DNA of 64,000 nucleotides from Thermodesulfobacteriota bacterium (GCA_963422265.1 OY729416.1:864001-928000), one strand, 5' to 3'; shown: positions 28,459 to 37,344, counted from the stretch's first letter. A program made the numbers and translations. The notes: generated from the sequence alone by a model not told the origin.

Positions 28459-29661
28459 TTATGTTAATGCCTGATTCCCTAATACTACCGTGCTGTGCGC
28501 AGACACTATACCACCATTCCCATGAACTAACGCTACCTCGGAACCCTCTACCTGCCTATCCCCACAATCACCTCGCAACTGCAACACCGCCTCCACTACA
28601 TGGTGCATCGCTCCCAAATGTGCCTGTGATAACAAACCCCCATGCGTGTTCACAGGTAAATCCTTACCTATCTCCATCCGCCCCTCCAAAGAAAACGCAC
28701 CCCCCTCCCACTTAGGCACAAAACCCAACCCCTCTAACTCTAACAATACCGTTATCGTAAAACAATCATACAAATACGCTATATCCACGTCACCCACACC
28801 TATACCTGCCGTCTCAAACGCCCTACCCCCAGACCTTCCTATCGCCTCATATATCTGATCCAAACCATCAAGACTCGTCAAATACTGATGTGAATACCCC
28901 TGCCCCATACCCCATAAATACGCTAGCTTATTCTCTATCCCCAGCTCCCGCGCCTTATCCTCCGTCGTTACTATAAACGCCGCTCCACCATCTGATATTA
29001 TAGAACAATCATACTTCGTCAACGGCTCCGCTATCACCCTAGAACTCAACACTTCCTCTATGCTCAACGGCTCCTTATTCATCGCATTCTCTTTCAACCC
29101 CGCATGCTTACGCATCGTTACTGCTACAGAAGCTAAATGCTCCCGACTACATCCACTCTCATACAAATACCGCTGTGCCGCTAACGCATATCCACCAGGC
29201 GTCGTTAATCCATAAGGATACTCAAACTCACCATGACACATCTCGCGTATCAAAGCCACCATACCTGAAGACGATATACCAGATAACGTGTTATCTCCGC
29301 GCACACATAATACTACCTCCGCCTGACCCGTTGCTATCGCCATCGCCGCCTCCGCTACCATCCACACCGCCGTCGCACCCCCTACTGCTACCGATGAAAA
29401 AAAACGAGGCCGCATACCAAAATAATCTGCAAACGTCGTGCAGTGCATAAACGTATGCTCCACCAATGAAAACGCCGTTACTAATCCATCCACTTCCCCC
29501 TTCTTTATCCCTGCATCCTCTATAGCCAACTTCGACGCCTGTGATAAAAAATCAAATGAACTACGACCCGATATACGCCCCTGCTCCGTCTCACCAACTC
29601 CTGCTATTACTACACCCTTCCCCTTTAATACCTCCCGCGCTTCCTTCATATCGCTACCCAT
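28459..29661 (-). CDS. SCP-x/Ltp2-type thiolase-like protein
   Basis: IAGVGET, DCS.ISDGGAA, LYDCFT, NTHGGLLS.AH. The usual nucleophile position reads VGGAT (no Cys). Start 29661 follows AGGAGG (ORF track start 29691). Confidence 0.88.
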   Translation of the reverse strand: MGSDMKEAREVLKGKGVVIAGVGETEQGRISGRSSFDFLSQASKLAIEDAGIKKGEVDGLVTAFSLVEHTFMHCTTFADYFGMRPRFFSSVAVGGATAVWMVAEAAMAIATGQAEVVLCVRGDNTLSGISSSGMVALIREMCHGEFEYPYGLTTPGGYALAAQRYLYESGCSREHLASVAVTMRKHAGLKENAMNKEPLSIEEVLSSRVIAEPLTKYDCSIISDGGAAFIVTTEDKARELGIENKLAYLWGMGQGYSHQYLTSLDGLDQIYEAIGRSGGRAFETAGIGVGDVDIAYLYDCFTITVLLELEGLGFVPKWEGGAFSLEGRMEIGKDLPVNTHGGLLSQAHLGAMHHVVEAVLQLRGDCGDRQVEGSEVALVHGNGGIVSAHSTVVLGNQALT

Positions 29662-29726
29662 ATCTCTATACCCCCCTCCTTCCTTATTCATAATTTTTGA
29701 AAACTAAGATCTGTTTCTAAAAGAAA

Positions 29727-29755
29727 AATCTATCTCATTCTATTCCGATTGTCAA
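29727..29755 (-). promoter_or_regulatory. sigma70 promoter of thiolase-DUF35-MaoC unit, overlapped by inverted repeats
   Basis: TTGACA (29755-29750), 17 nt, TAGATT (29732-29727). Confidence 0.6.
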
Positions 29756-29867
29756 TAATGACATAGAATGACGATATGTCTATATAGTGTGGTGTGATAT
29801 GAACTCACTACACCTTATACCTATTCTTCTCCATAATACCCATTCTTCTCCATAACCCCTACTACAT

Positions 29868-29908
29868 AAAAAAAGCAGGAGCCCCTTATATCACAAAGAG
29901 ACCCCTGC
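29868..29908 (-). terminator. Intrinsic terminator after the ADC-like gene pair
   Basis: GCAGGGGTCTCTT-loop-AAGGGGCTCCTGC followed by T7 on minus strand. Confidence 0.8.
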
Positions 29909-29951
29909 CACTTTACTTATATTAATCGCCTGCTCTCCTAAATACTACAAC

Positions 29952-30923
29952 CTACCCCTGTGAATACTGTGGCAACAAGAACCTATGGCGCATCGTATAC
30001 TTAAACGGCGTAGAATACAATATCTGACCCAAATCATCATCACCACGCTCTACCGTCTTACTCCATATCGTTAACGCAGGTGGTATTATCAAATTAAACG
30101 TGAAACTTATCAATCCCACTACCTCAGTCGCAGGTATCTGACCACCCATAAAATCAAATGGAGTCCCTGACATATACCACGAACGTATATCTCCACCCGT
30201 AGCCGTCCGGATACTCTCAGGATTTAACTGAAAACGATGCCCTGTCCCAAAACCAGGTGGTAAGTCTGATGGCAAATACGTTACCTCATGGATACTGTTA
30301 CTTACATCAGGCCGCGTCGTTATCCTGTAATTCATTCGACCCCAATCCGTCTTACCATAAAACGTCGGCCGCGTCGATAACGGCTTGTCAGAATACCGCC
30401 CATTAGCCGTGTGTAGTATATATCCCCTACGCTCCATCAAATGATTAAAATAATTGTTGTTCGTCCCATGCTCAAAACCCGCTATATATGCAGCCTTCTT
30501 TGGAAATCCAAACGGCTCCTTACCCGCAAATATAGGAGAATCATTAGACAAATACATATATGGATAATATCCAGCCTTGTATATCTGCCCATCTCCTGAA
30601 TCTACCGTAGCTGAAAACGTTACTCCCATCTCCATATACGGACCCAACATCGTGTTACGATGTATCACATACCAAAACTCTATTACATCATCCTGCACCT
30701 CTATCGGCTCAGGAACTACCGCCTTCATACTGCTTATGTCCGCTCGTACTACATAAGCCATCCAACGACTCTCTGTATACGTCAACGGTATTATGTCATA
30801 GTCAAATACAGGATCCGCCACACCTTGAGATATGATGTGAATCCTATCCCTATCTCGAGGCAAAGGTGGTACCTCCCCCTCTGCCAACCATGGATAGCTA
30901 TATTCATTCGCTTGTAATCCCAT
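29952..30923 (-). CDS. Acetoacetate decarboxylase-like superfamily protein (paralog 2)
   Basis: VVPEP, GPYMEMG, YMYL.ND.PI.AGKEPFGFPKK (Schiff-base Lys motif). Confidence 0.8.
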   Translation of the reverse strand: MGLQANEYSYPWLAEGEVPPLPRDRDRIHIISQGVADPVFDYDIIPLTYTESRWMAYVVRADISSMKAVVPEPIEVQDDVIEFWYVIHRNTMLGPYMEMGVTFSATVDSGDGQIYKAGYYPYMYLSNDSPIFAGKEPFGFPKKAAYIAGFEHGTNNNYFNHLMERRGYILHTANGRYSDKPLSTRPTFYGKTDWGRMNYRITTRPDVSNSIHEVTYLPSDLPPGFGTGHRFQLNPESIRTATGGDIRSWYMSGTPFDFMGGQIPATEVVGLISFTFNLIIPPALTIWSKTVERGDDDLGQILYSTPFKYTMRHRFLLPQYSQG

Positions 30924-30977
30924 TGCTTTTAACCTCCTAATTTCGTTTTTGTTTCTCTCCTCTAAAACTACTCACCC

Positions 30978-31949
30978 CTATGACCCCTGACTGATTGGAA
31001 ACTGCTGACGTAATCCATACTTATATGGCGTCGCATATCCACGATAACTCGCAGGACGCTCATATGTCTCCGTCCATAATACATTCGCAGGAGGTATGAT
31101 TAAATCAAATACAAACGATATCAAACCCGTTACCTCCTGTACCTTTAGCTCTGCTCCCATATTGTCAAATGGCGTCGCCTGCATAAACCAGTTTATCGCA
31201 TCTCCAGACGCCGTCCGCGTGTGCTCAGGCTTGATCTGAAAACGATGCCCCTTTACGTTAAATATCGCAGGTAACTCCGATGGCAAATACGTTAACTGCC
31301 ACTCTGAACTAGATACGTCCGGACGCGTTATTACCTTCATGTTAAACTTGCCCCAGTCCACCTTACCATAAAAATGTGGCGGCGTTACTTGCTTGTCGTC
31401 AAACTGACCCGTCGCACTGTGCATCAAATACCCATTCCGAGACATAGCAAATCCAAAGAAATCCGTCCCCTTCTCTCCACCGTGTACCGTGCAACGTATA
31501 TATGACATCTTCTTCGGAAATCCTAATACTCGCCCCGCATCTACAGGCGCATCGCCCGTCAAATACATATACGGATAATATCCAGCCTTGTACACATTAC
31601 CACGTGGATCCTTATACGTCGCCGATATCGTTACTCCAAACTCCAAATATGGACCCAACATCGTGTTCTTATGATCCACATACCAAAACTCTACTAAATC
31701 AGCATTCTCCCCATCCCATACCTCTAATGGCGGATTCGGACATAAACGCTGACGCGTACCCTCATCCACCCTTACTACAAACGCCGACCAACGACTATCT
31801 GTATATGTCAGAGGAAGAACGTCTATATCCCACAACGGATCCGATGGATTCGCTATGATCCATGACTTTATGTCACGCTCTATTGGAGGAGGTGGAACCT
31901 CCTTCGTGAGTTCCCAATACTTCGTAGGAACGTTAAGATGACTTGGCAT
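30978..31949 (-). CDS. Acetoacetate decarboxylase-like superfamily protein (paralog 1)
   Basis: GPYLEFG, YMYLTGDAPVDAGRVLGFPKK. Collinear with 29952..30923. Confidence 0.8.
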   Translation of the reverse strand: MPSHLNVPTKYWELTKEVPPPPIERDIKSWIIANPSDPLWDIDVLPLTYTDSRWSAFVVRVDEGTRQRLCPNPPLEVWDGENADLVEFWYVDHKNTMLGPYLEFGVTISATYKDPRGNVYKAGYYPYMYLTGDAPVDAGRVLGFPKKMSYIRCTVHGGEKGTDFFGFAMSRNGYLMHSATGQFDDKQVTPPHFYGKVDWGKFNMKVITRPDVSSSEWQLTYLPSELPAIFNVKGHRFQIKPEHTRTASGDAINWFMQATPFDNMGAELKVQEVTGLISFVFDLIIPPANVLWTETYERPASYRGYATPYKYGLRQQFPISQGS

Positions 31950-32207
31950 AGTCTTAATACCTCCTTACTTAAATAGTTTTTTGACCAGATTACCAACCCT
32001 TCTATATCATCTACATCTCTATATCATCTAATACCACTCTATACGATAAACTATAATACAATAACACTAATTATTATACAATCTAATTGCTCCTACTTAA
32101 TCCTACCTATCTAACACCTACCTAATAATACCACTTATAACAAATCCCATCACTCCTTGTCAAGAACTATTTGTTAAATTAAAAATGATCTTGGAATCTG
32201 TAGTTGC

Positions 32208-32840
32208 TCAGAATTTTATTAACTCCCTAAACGTGCCGAAAAGAATCTTCAAGTCCGTTATAAAACTCATTTCTGTTATGTACTTTTTACAGAACGCTAC
32301 TTTTTGGGGAAGGATAATAGTATTGTGTGCATATTCTACGTCATCGTATCCCACAAGAATCTCTTCTTCGTTTCTATACATAAGCGAGGCGTAACCCGTA
32401 ATGCCGGGTCTTATGCTTAGAATCAATGAATCATCACCCTGAAACTCATCTACAACCTTTTTTACCCATGGTCTTGGTCCTACAAGACTCATATCGCCTT
32501 TAATAACGTTTAATATCTGGGGAATCTCGTCAAGTTTGTACTTCCTCAGTATCTTGCCAAGTGGCGTTACTCTCTTGTCATCGCTCGACGTTATGTAAGG
32601 ACCTTTCTTGTCGGCATCTTTTATCATGCTTCTAAATTTATAGAACTTAAAGACCCTTCCCGATCTACCCACCCTTAACTGCGTAAATAGAACCGAACCC
32701 TCGCTATCACACTTTATCAGGATAGAGATCAAAAGGATCAGAGGAGAGAGAATAATTAGCAAAGGCAAAGAGATAACCAAATCAAGTGCGCGCTTTCCCC
32801 GCTTGGCGTAAAAACCCTCTTTAGTATCTTTTTTATTCAT
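32208..32840 (-). CDS. Bacterial sugar (phosphoglycosyl) transferase, PglC/WcaJ-C-terminal type
   Basis: KRALD, YKFRSM, LRKYKLDEIPQ..NV.KGDMSLVGPRP, PGITG. Confidence 0.92.
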   Translation of the reverse strand: MNKKDTKEGFYAKRGKRALDLVISLPLLIILSPLILLISILIKCDSEGSVLFTQLRVGRSGRVFKFYKFRSMIKDADKKGPYITSSDDKRVTPLGKILRKYKLDEIPQILNVIKGDMSLVGPRPWVKKVVDEFQGDDSLILSIRPGITGYASLMYRNEEEILVGYDDVEYAHNTIILPQKVAFCKKYITEMSFITDLKILFGTFRELIKF

Positions 32841-33021
32841 ATTAAAAAAGTCAGTAGCGTTGTCTCAGAAGATGGTCTTTGATACTTTACTCTCAATCCA
32901 CATATAGATATTTCCTAACTCAACTTTCAGCAACATTTTGCGTTTCCCGTCAATCTCCTCTCTTAATCTCATATTATCACTATTTCAGCAACTGATTATA
33001 ATCGCACACCAGTCAGAGTCC

Positions 33022-33765
33022 CTATGCCCCGTCTGAACGAAGCCGCATCTGGATTCTCTTTGCCCTGTCAGCATCCCCTTTCTTCATAAGGTAATTAACA
33101 TAGCTCAGGGCAACTTCATCTGGTATATTCATCTTTGTTTCAACGCGCTGCCATACTAGGTAAGTTGCGTCTAGCATGTCTTTTGCAACTAGGTATCTCA
33201 GATAGTCACCCAGCGTCTCGTCAGATACCACCCTGCGCAGGATTAGATCATAATCGTCTATTAACTCATGACATATATCAAAAACCCTTTGCCTTCTCTT
33301 GGGATCGGCTTTGGCCACCATCTTTAACATATCCGTTGCAAGCTCAATATCACCTAGCGAAAAAGCTAAGAGAGAGGACTCCCATAGCAGCCCGATCGAC
33401 GAAGGAATAAGACCTCTTGCTCTAGTCAGAGCCAAATGGGCTTTGTTATCTTCATCCATCTCAATTAAAGTCTCTGCAAGTCCAATCCATGCGACTGTAA
33501 ACAGAGGATTCTCCCTAAGAGAATTTACGTATATCTCTTTGATCCGTTCTTCCTCTTCTGTCATGAAGAACTGGTTAATTCGAGCTATCTTGTAGGTCGC
33601 CAGGGCATTACTTTGGTTAAAGGACAATCCCTTTTCTATAGATTCTATATCTTCTCTATCAGCCAGAACAGATGAAATGCCTAAACGCAATACGACTAGC
33701 ATAATAATAAGGCTAAGAGCTATAAGAACTACTATTTGACTCTTGCAATTTAGGAATTTCGCCAT
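33022..33765 (-). CDS. Membrane-anchored TPR-like protein
   Basis: N-terminal TM then helical repeats (ENPLFTVAWIGLAE, ADPK). Confidence 0.6.
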   Translation of the reverse strand: MAKFLNCKSQIVVLIALSLIIMLVVLRLGISSVLADREDIESIEKGLSFNQSNALATYKIARINQFFMTEEEERIKEIYVNSLRENPLFTVAWIGLAETLIEMDEDNKAHLALTRARGLIPSSIGLLWESSLLAFSLGDIELATDMLKMVAKADPKRRQRVFDICHELIDDYDLILRRVVSDETLGDYLRYLVAKDMLDATYLVWQRVETKMNIPDEVALSYVNYLMKKGDADRAKRIQMRLRSDGA

Positions 33766-33844
33766 TTTTTAACTTAGTGCTTAAAAGCCTTACGCCGCGG
33801 TTTCATGACAACTACTAACTCACTAACTTCCTTACTCCTAGTAG

Positions 33845-34369
33845 CTAGCGCGATAGAGCCTCCAGCTTTTCCCCTGCCTCCACTGTCTCTATACCTTTTT
33901 CGGTTACTGCCTCCATACTACCCTCATTCACCCATAACTCTATCCCTGACCTATTAATTCTTATTGTCCCCCTTACCCTTGATGTGCTTGCTTTTGCTAT
34001 CCCTAAAGTCCTAAAATCCCCTTCCCGTGTATTGAAACTTAACGCTCTCTTGCTAGGCTTAACCCTAAAATGAATGACTCCCTTGCTTACCTGCAACGCC
34101 AGAACTTCGCTCTCTTCCAATACTTTCAACTCAGAGCCTTTTTCTATTACAAAACTCGCTCCCCTCACGCGCATTAACACTTTCTGATCGTATCCTAGCT
34201 TCGTCCCTGACGTTACAGGAAGGGTATATGCCTGACCATCCCTTTTAACTAAAGTAACTCTTCCAATAAGGGTGCTTGCAGATGATGCCTCTTCTGCGAC
34301 AAGCAGCAACATAAGTATTACGAATACCGATAAAAGCTTAAATGCTTTACTCCTAAACGTAAAAATCAT
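33845..34369 (-). CDS. Exported protein with FecR-like beta region
   Basis: Signal peptide, L..G.IHF.V, V.EGS.E......ETVEAGE pattern. Confidence 0.5.
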   Translation of the reverse strand: MIFTFRSKAFKLLSVFVILMLLLVAEEASSASTLIGRVTLVKRDGQAYTLPVTSGTKLGYDQKVLMRVRGASFVIEKGSELKVLEESEVLALQVSKGVIHFRVKPSKRALSFNTREGDFRTLGIAKASTSRVRGTIRINRSGIELWVNEGSMEAVTEKGIETVEAGEKLEALSR

Positions 34370-34647
34370 TTAATCTTTCCAATCGCTACTGATGCTAAAC
34401 ATAACACTTAAACTAATTCAATATCAAAAAAACAAGATAGACTGCGTAGATAATAACTTGCCACATTTGCTAAGTATTTTACGGAACAATAGTAGGTAGA
34501 TACTTAAGCCTCTTCTCCGACAAAACCATTACTGCTTCCCTAACATTTGCTTTCCTCGTTAATGGGATTATAATTAAATCATTTATATCATGGAATGCAA
34601 GAATTCCGAACTCAGAGAGCACGAGTCTATAGAAAAGCAGTTGCTTC

Positions 34648-36081
34648 ATGAAACTTGTAAGTCCCTATTCAAAATTTCTTGAGCGCACTATTCTACTTCT
34701 TATCATTGCAGCCCTAGTTCTATCTCCCCTACCCATTGGCAGCGTAAAACCAGTTCACCTACTGATCATTCAGATTTCGTCGTTCTTCATTTTTCTTCTC
34801 TGGCTTATCAAATCAATAATAGAAGAGAAGACACCTTTCTTAAGTATAAAACCTTACCTGCCAATTCTATTATTTCTTGTTCTGTGCTTATTTCAGACGG
34901 TTCCGTTTCCTAGCTACATTGTGGGAGCCTTATCTGGAAAAAGCCTTGAAATATGGGAGTTAACATACTCTATACTGGCCGATATAGGCTCATCTTCAGA
35001 TATGAAATTATTCACCATAAGCTTGTATCCCAATGAGACCATGAAACAAACGTTGCTATTGTTATCTTACTTCACCTTTGGCATCGTAGTGTCGAAAAGT
35101 TTCGGACGAGTTCTAAATATCAAACTAGCGATAATCCCGATATTAGCGATAATGATGATGGAGGCATTGCTAGGAATCTATCAGTACCTCCTAAGCGGAG
35201 GACAAGAGGTTGCAAGGGGAACCTTTGTAAACCGTAATCACTTTGCGGGTTTCATAGAGATTTGCTTCCCGCTCGCTCTAGGGTACTTGCTTTCTATAAA
35301 ACAAGGCAATAAATCAGATAAAAAGTCTTTTGTAGGAAGGCTGATCTCTTCAAACCTAAAACACATATTATTGGCTATTATGATGGGAATTGTCCTTTTG
35401 TCCATAATGCTCTCAGAATCTAGGGGTGGTATTTTCAGCATATTGGTATCCCTTTTCTTTTTCTACATCGTATTCTCCAAGTTTGCACCAAAGGGCATCG
35501 AAACAAAGTGGATAATCTATATTATTGTTGCAGTATGTCTCTTGCTTGGCGTCTATATAGGCATTTACCCAATAATAGAAAGGTACCTATTCGCATGGGA
35601 GTACTTCTCGTCGTTAAAGAGGATACTAGTATGGAAAGACACGGTAAGCATAATAAGAGATTTTCCACTTTTTGGCACCGGACTAGGCACTTTCAGCCAC
35701 GTGTTTCCACTATATAAAATATCTATGATAAAACCGCTCAGATTTGAAGAAAGTCACAATGATTACCTTCAGATTCTCTCGGAGACCGGGCTGCTAGGTT
35801 TTCTCTTGATTATGCTTGCTCTCGTCCTATTTTTTCTATCATCAGTTAGAAACCTAGCGCGCTTATCATCCGAACAGGATCATTTAAGATTGTTCCTGTT
35901 ACTTGGCGCGCTGACCGGCATTCTCTCTATATTAATTCATAGCTTTGTGGACTTTAATCTACAGATTCCATCAAACGCCCTTTATTTCACTTTCCTCATC
36001 GGTTTTTCTGTTGCCATTGGAAGTAAAACAAATGATCCGGAGATGAAAACAAATAAATTAGGCCTAGGGAGTAGGGAGTAG
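34648..36081 (+). CDS. O-antigen ligase / O-oligosaccharyltransferase (Wzy_C) family membrane protein
   Basis: GTFVNRNHFAG, SRGG, PLFGTGLGTF, HNDYLQ..SETG, HSFVDFNLQIPSN. Confidence 0.88.
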   Translation: MKLVSPYSKFLERTILLLIIAALVLSPLPIGSVKPVHLLIIQISSFFIFLLWLIKSIIEEKTPFLSIKPYLPILLFLVLCLFQTVPFPSYIVGALSGKSLEIWELTYSILADIGSSSDMKLFTISLYPNETMKQTLLLLSYFTFGIVVSKSFGRVLNIKLAIIPILAIMMMEALLGIYQYLLSGGQEVARGTFVNRNHFAGFIEICFPLALGYLLSIKQGNKSDKKSFVGRLISSNLKHILLAIMMGIVLLSIMLSESRGGIFSILVSLFFFYIVFSKFAPKGIETKWIIYIIVAVCLLLGVYIGIYPIIERYLFAWEYFSSLKRILVWKDTVSIIRDFPLFGTGLGTFSHVFPLYKISMIKPLRFEESHNDYLQILSETGLLGFLLIMLALVLFFLSSVRNLARLSSEQDHLRLFLLLGALTGILSILIHSFVDFNLQIPSNALYFTFLIGFSVAIGSKTNDPEMKTNKLGLGSRE

Positions 36082-36157
36082 GGAGAATTAGTGAACATGA
36101 CCTACCGTAACAACTTAGAGCAAGTCTTCAAATTGAACACATTAAATTGAACACATT

Positions 36158-36233
36158 TGGCTCCGGCGGAGGGATTCGAACCCCCGACCTAGTGGTTAAC
36201 AGCCACCCGCTCTGCCAGCTGAGCTACACCGGA
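36158..36233 (-). tRNA. tRNA-Asn(GTT)
   Basis: TCCGGTG acceptor stem, anticodon loop CTGTTAA, ends GCCA. Confidence 0.95.
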
Positions 36234-36435
36234 ACCGGATAATTTAAGATTAAAACTTAGACGCCCATAAACTTATACAGTAGATGCCCACGAGTCAAGT
36301 TTGCACGTAATAGGCACGTATAGGTTAGATAGAAAGGCAGCTATAAGGTTTACTACCCGGGATTCAATCCGTATGACCTCAGACCGCCCAGTTGAATAGA
36401 CGTCTCAAAAACGTATAATAATCTAGGTAAATTCA

Positions 36436-37344
36436 ATGCCTAAAAAAAAAGAAACAGATAAAGAAATAGATAAGGAAAAGAAACAGCCAAACAACCTACT
36501 TCCCACTCATACAACTTCGCTGCACCGATATCTCGCGGAAATAAGCAATTACCCGATATTAAGCCGTGATGAGGAGTATGCCCTCGCTATAAAATACAGA
36601 GACGAGGGGGATTTAGAGGCGGCGCGGAAACTAGTTACTTCAAACTTAAAGTTCGTCGTCAGTCTAGCGAATGAATATAAGAATTACGGATTTAATACTA
36701 TGGACATTATACAGGAAGGGAACGTAGGACTCATGCACGCGGTAAAAGGATTCGATCCAACTAAGGGATATAGGCTGATCTCTTATGCCGTATGGTGGAT
36801 AAGGGCATATATACAAAATCATATCATTAAGAGTTGGAGCTTGGTCAAGATAGGGACAACGCAGGCACAAAGAAAGCTCTTTTACAAACTGAGGTCAACT
36901 AAGAATGAGATGAAAATGGCAGGGGACAACCTTAGCACTGAAGATTATAAGGAGTTAGCTGATAAACTTAACGTATCGGATAAGGTTATTATTGAGATGG
37001 ATCAGAGAATGGGCAGTAAAGACCTATCGTTAGACGCAGAAATAAAAAATGAAAACGAATCATCTTATCTTGACTTCCTAGCCGACGACAAAGAGAACCA
37101 AGAGGATTTGATAATAAGAACAGAAGAAAAGGAAATGGTTAAAAGCGGGATGATTGAAGCCCTTAACATCCTTAAAGATCGAGAGCGCTTTATAATTGAA
37201 AAAAGGGTACTGTCGGACACGCCGCTTACGCTTGAAGAGCTGGGGGCTAAATTGAACGTTTCAAGAGAAAGGGTAAGGCAAATCGAAAGCGCAGCCTTGA
37301 AAAAAGTTAAGAGTATATTAGAAGAAAAGGGCGTAGGTCAATAA
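36436..37344 (+). CDS. rpoH: RNA polymerase sigma-32 family factor
   Basis: DIIQEGNVGLM.AV..FDP, SWSLVKIGTTQAQRKLFY.LR (RpoH box), VSRERVRQIE. Confidence 0.9.
   Translation: MPKKKETDKEIDKEKKQPNNLLPTHTTSLHRYLAEISNYPILSRDEEYALAIKYRDEGDLEAARKLVTSNLKFVVSLANEYKNYGFNTMDIIQEGNVGLMHAVKGFDPTKGYRLISYAVWWIRAYIQNHIIKSWSLVKIGTTQAQRKLFYKLRSTKNEMKMAGDNLSTEDYKELADKLNVSDKVIIEMDQRMGSKDLSLDAEIKNENESSYLDFLADDKENQEDLIIRTEEKEMVKSGMIEALNILKDRERFIIEKRVLSDTPLTLEELGAKLNVSRERVRQIESAALKKVKSILEEKGVGQ

Noticed and set aside
27217-29707. Pro/Ser/His-rich plus-strand ORFs (e.g. 27217..27750, 28356..28715)
   Set aside because: Artefacts of the C-rich antisense strand of recognisable minus-strand genes.
29952-31949. Calling the pair true acetoacetate decarboxylase (adc)
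   Set aside because: Only the fold-level Lys/Glu motifs are recognisable. Length and context differ, so no gene symbol is assigned.
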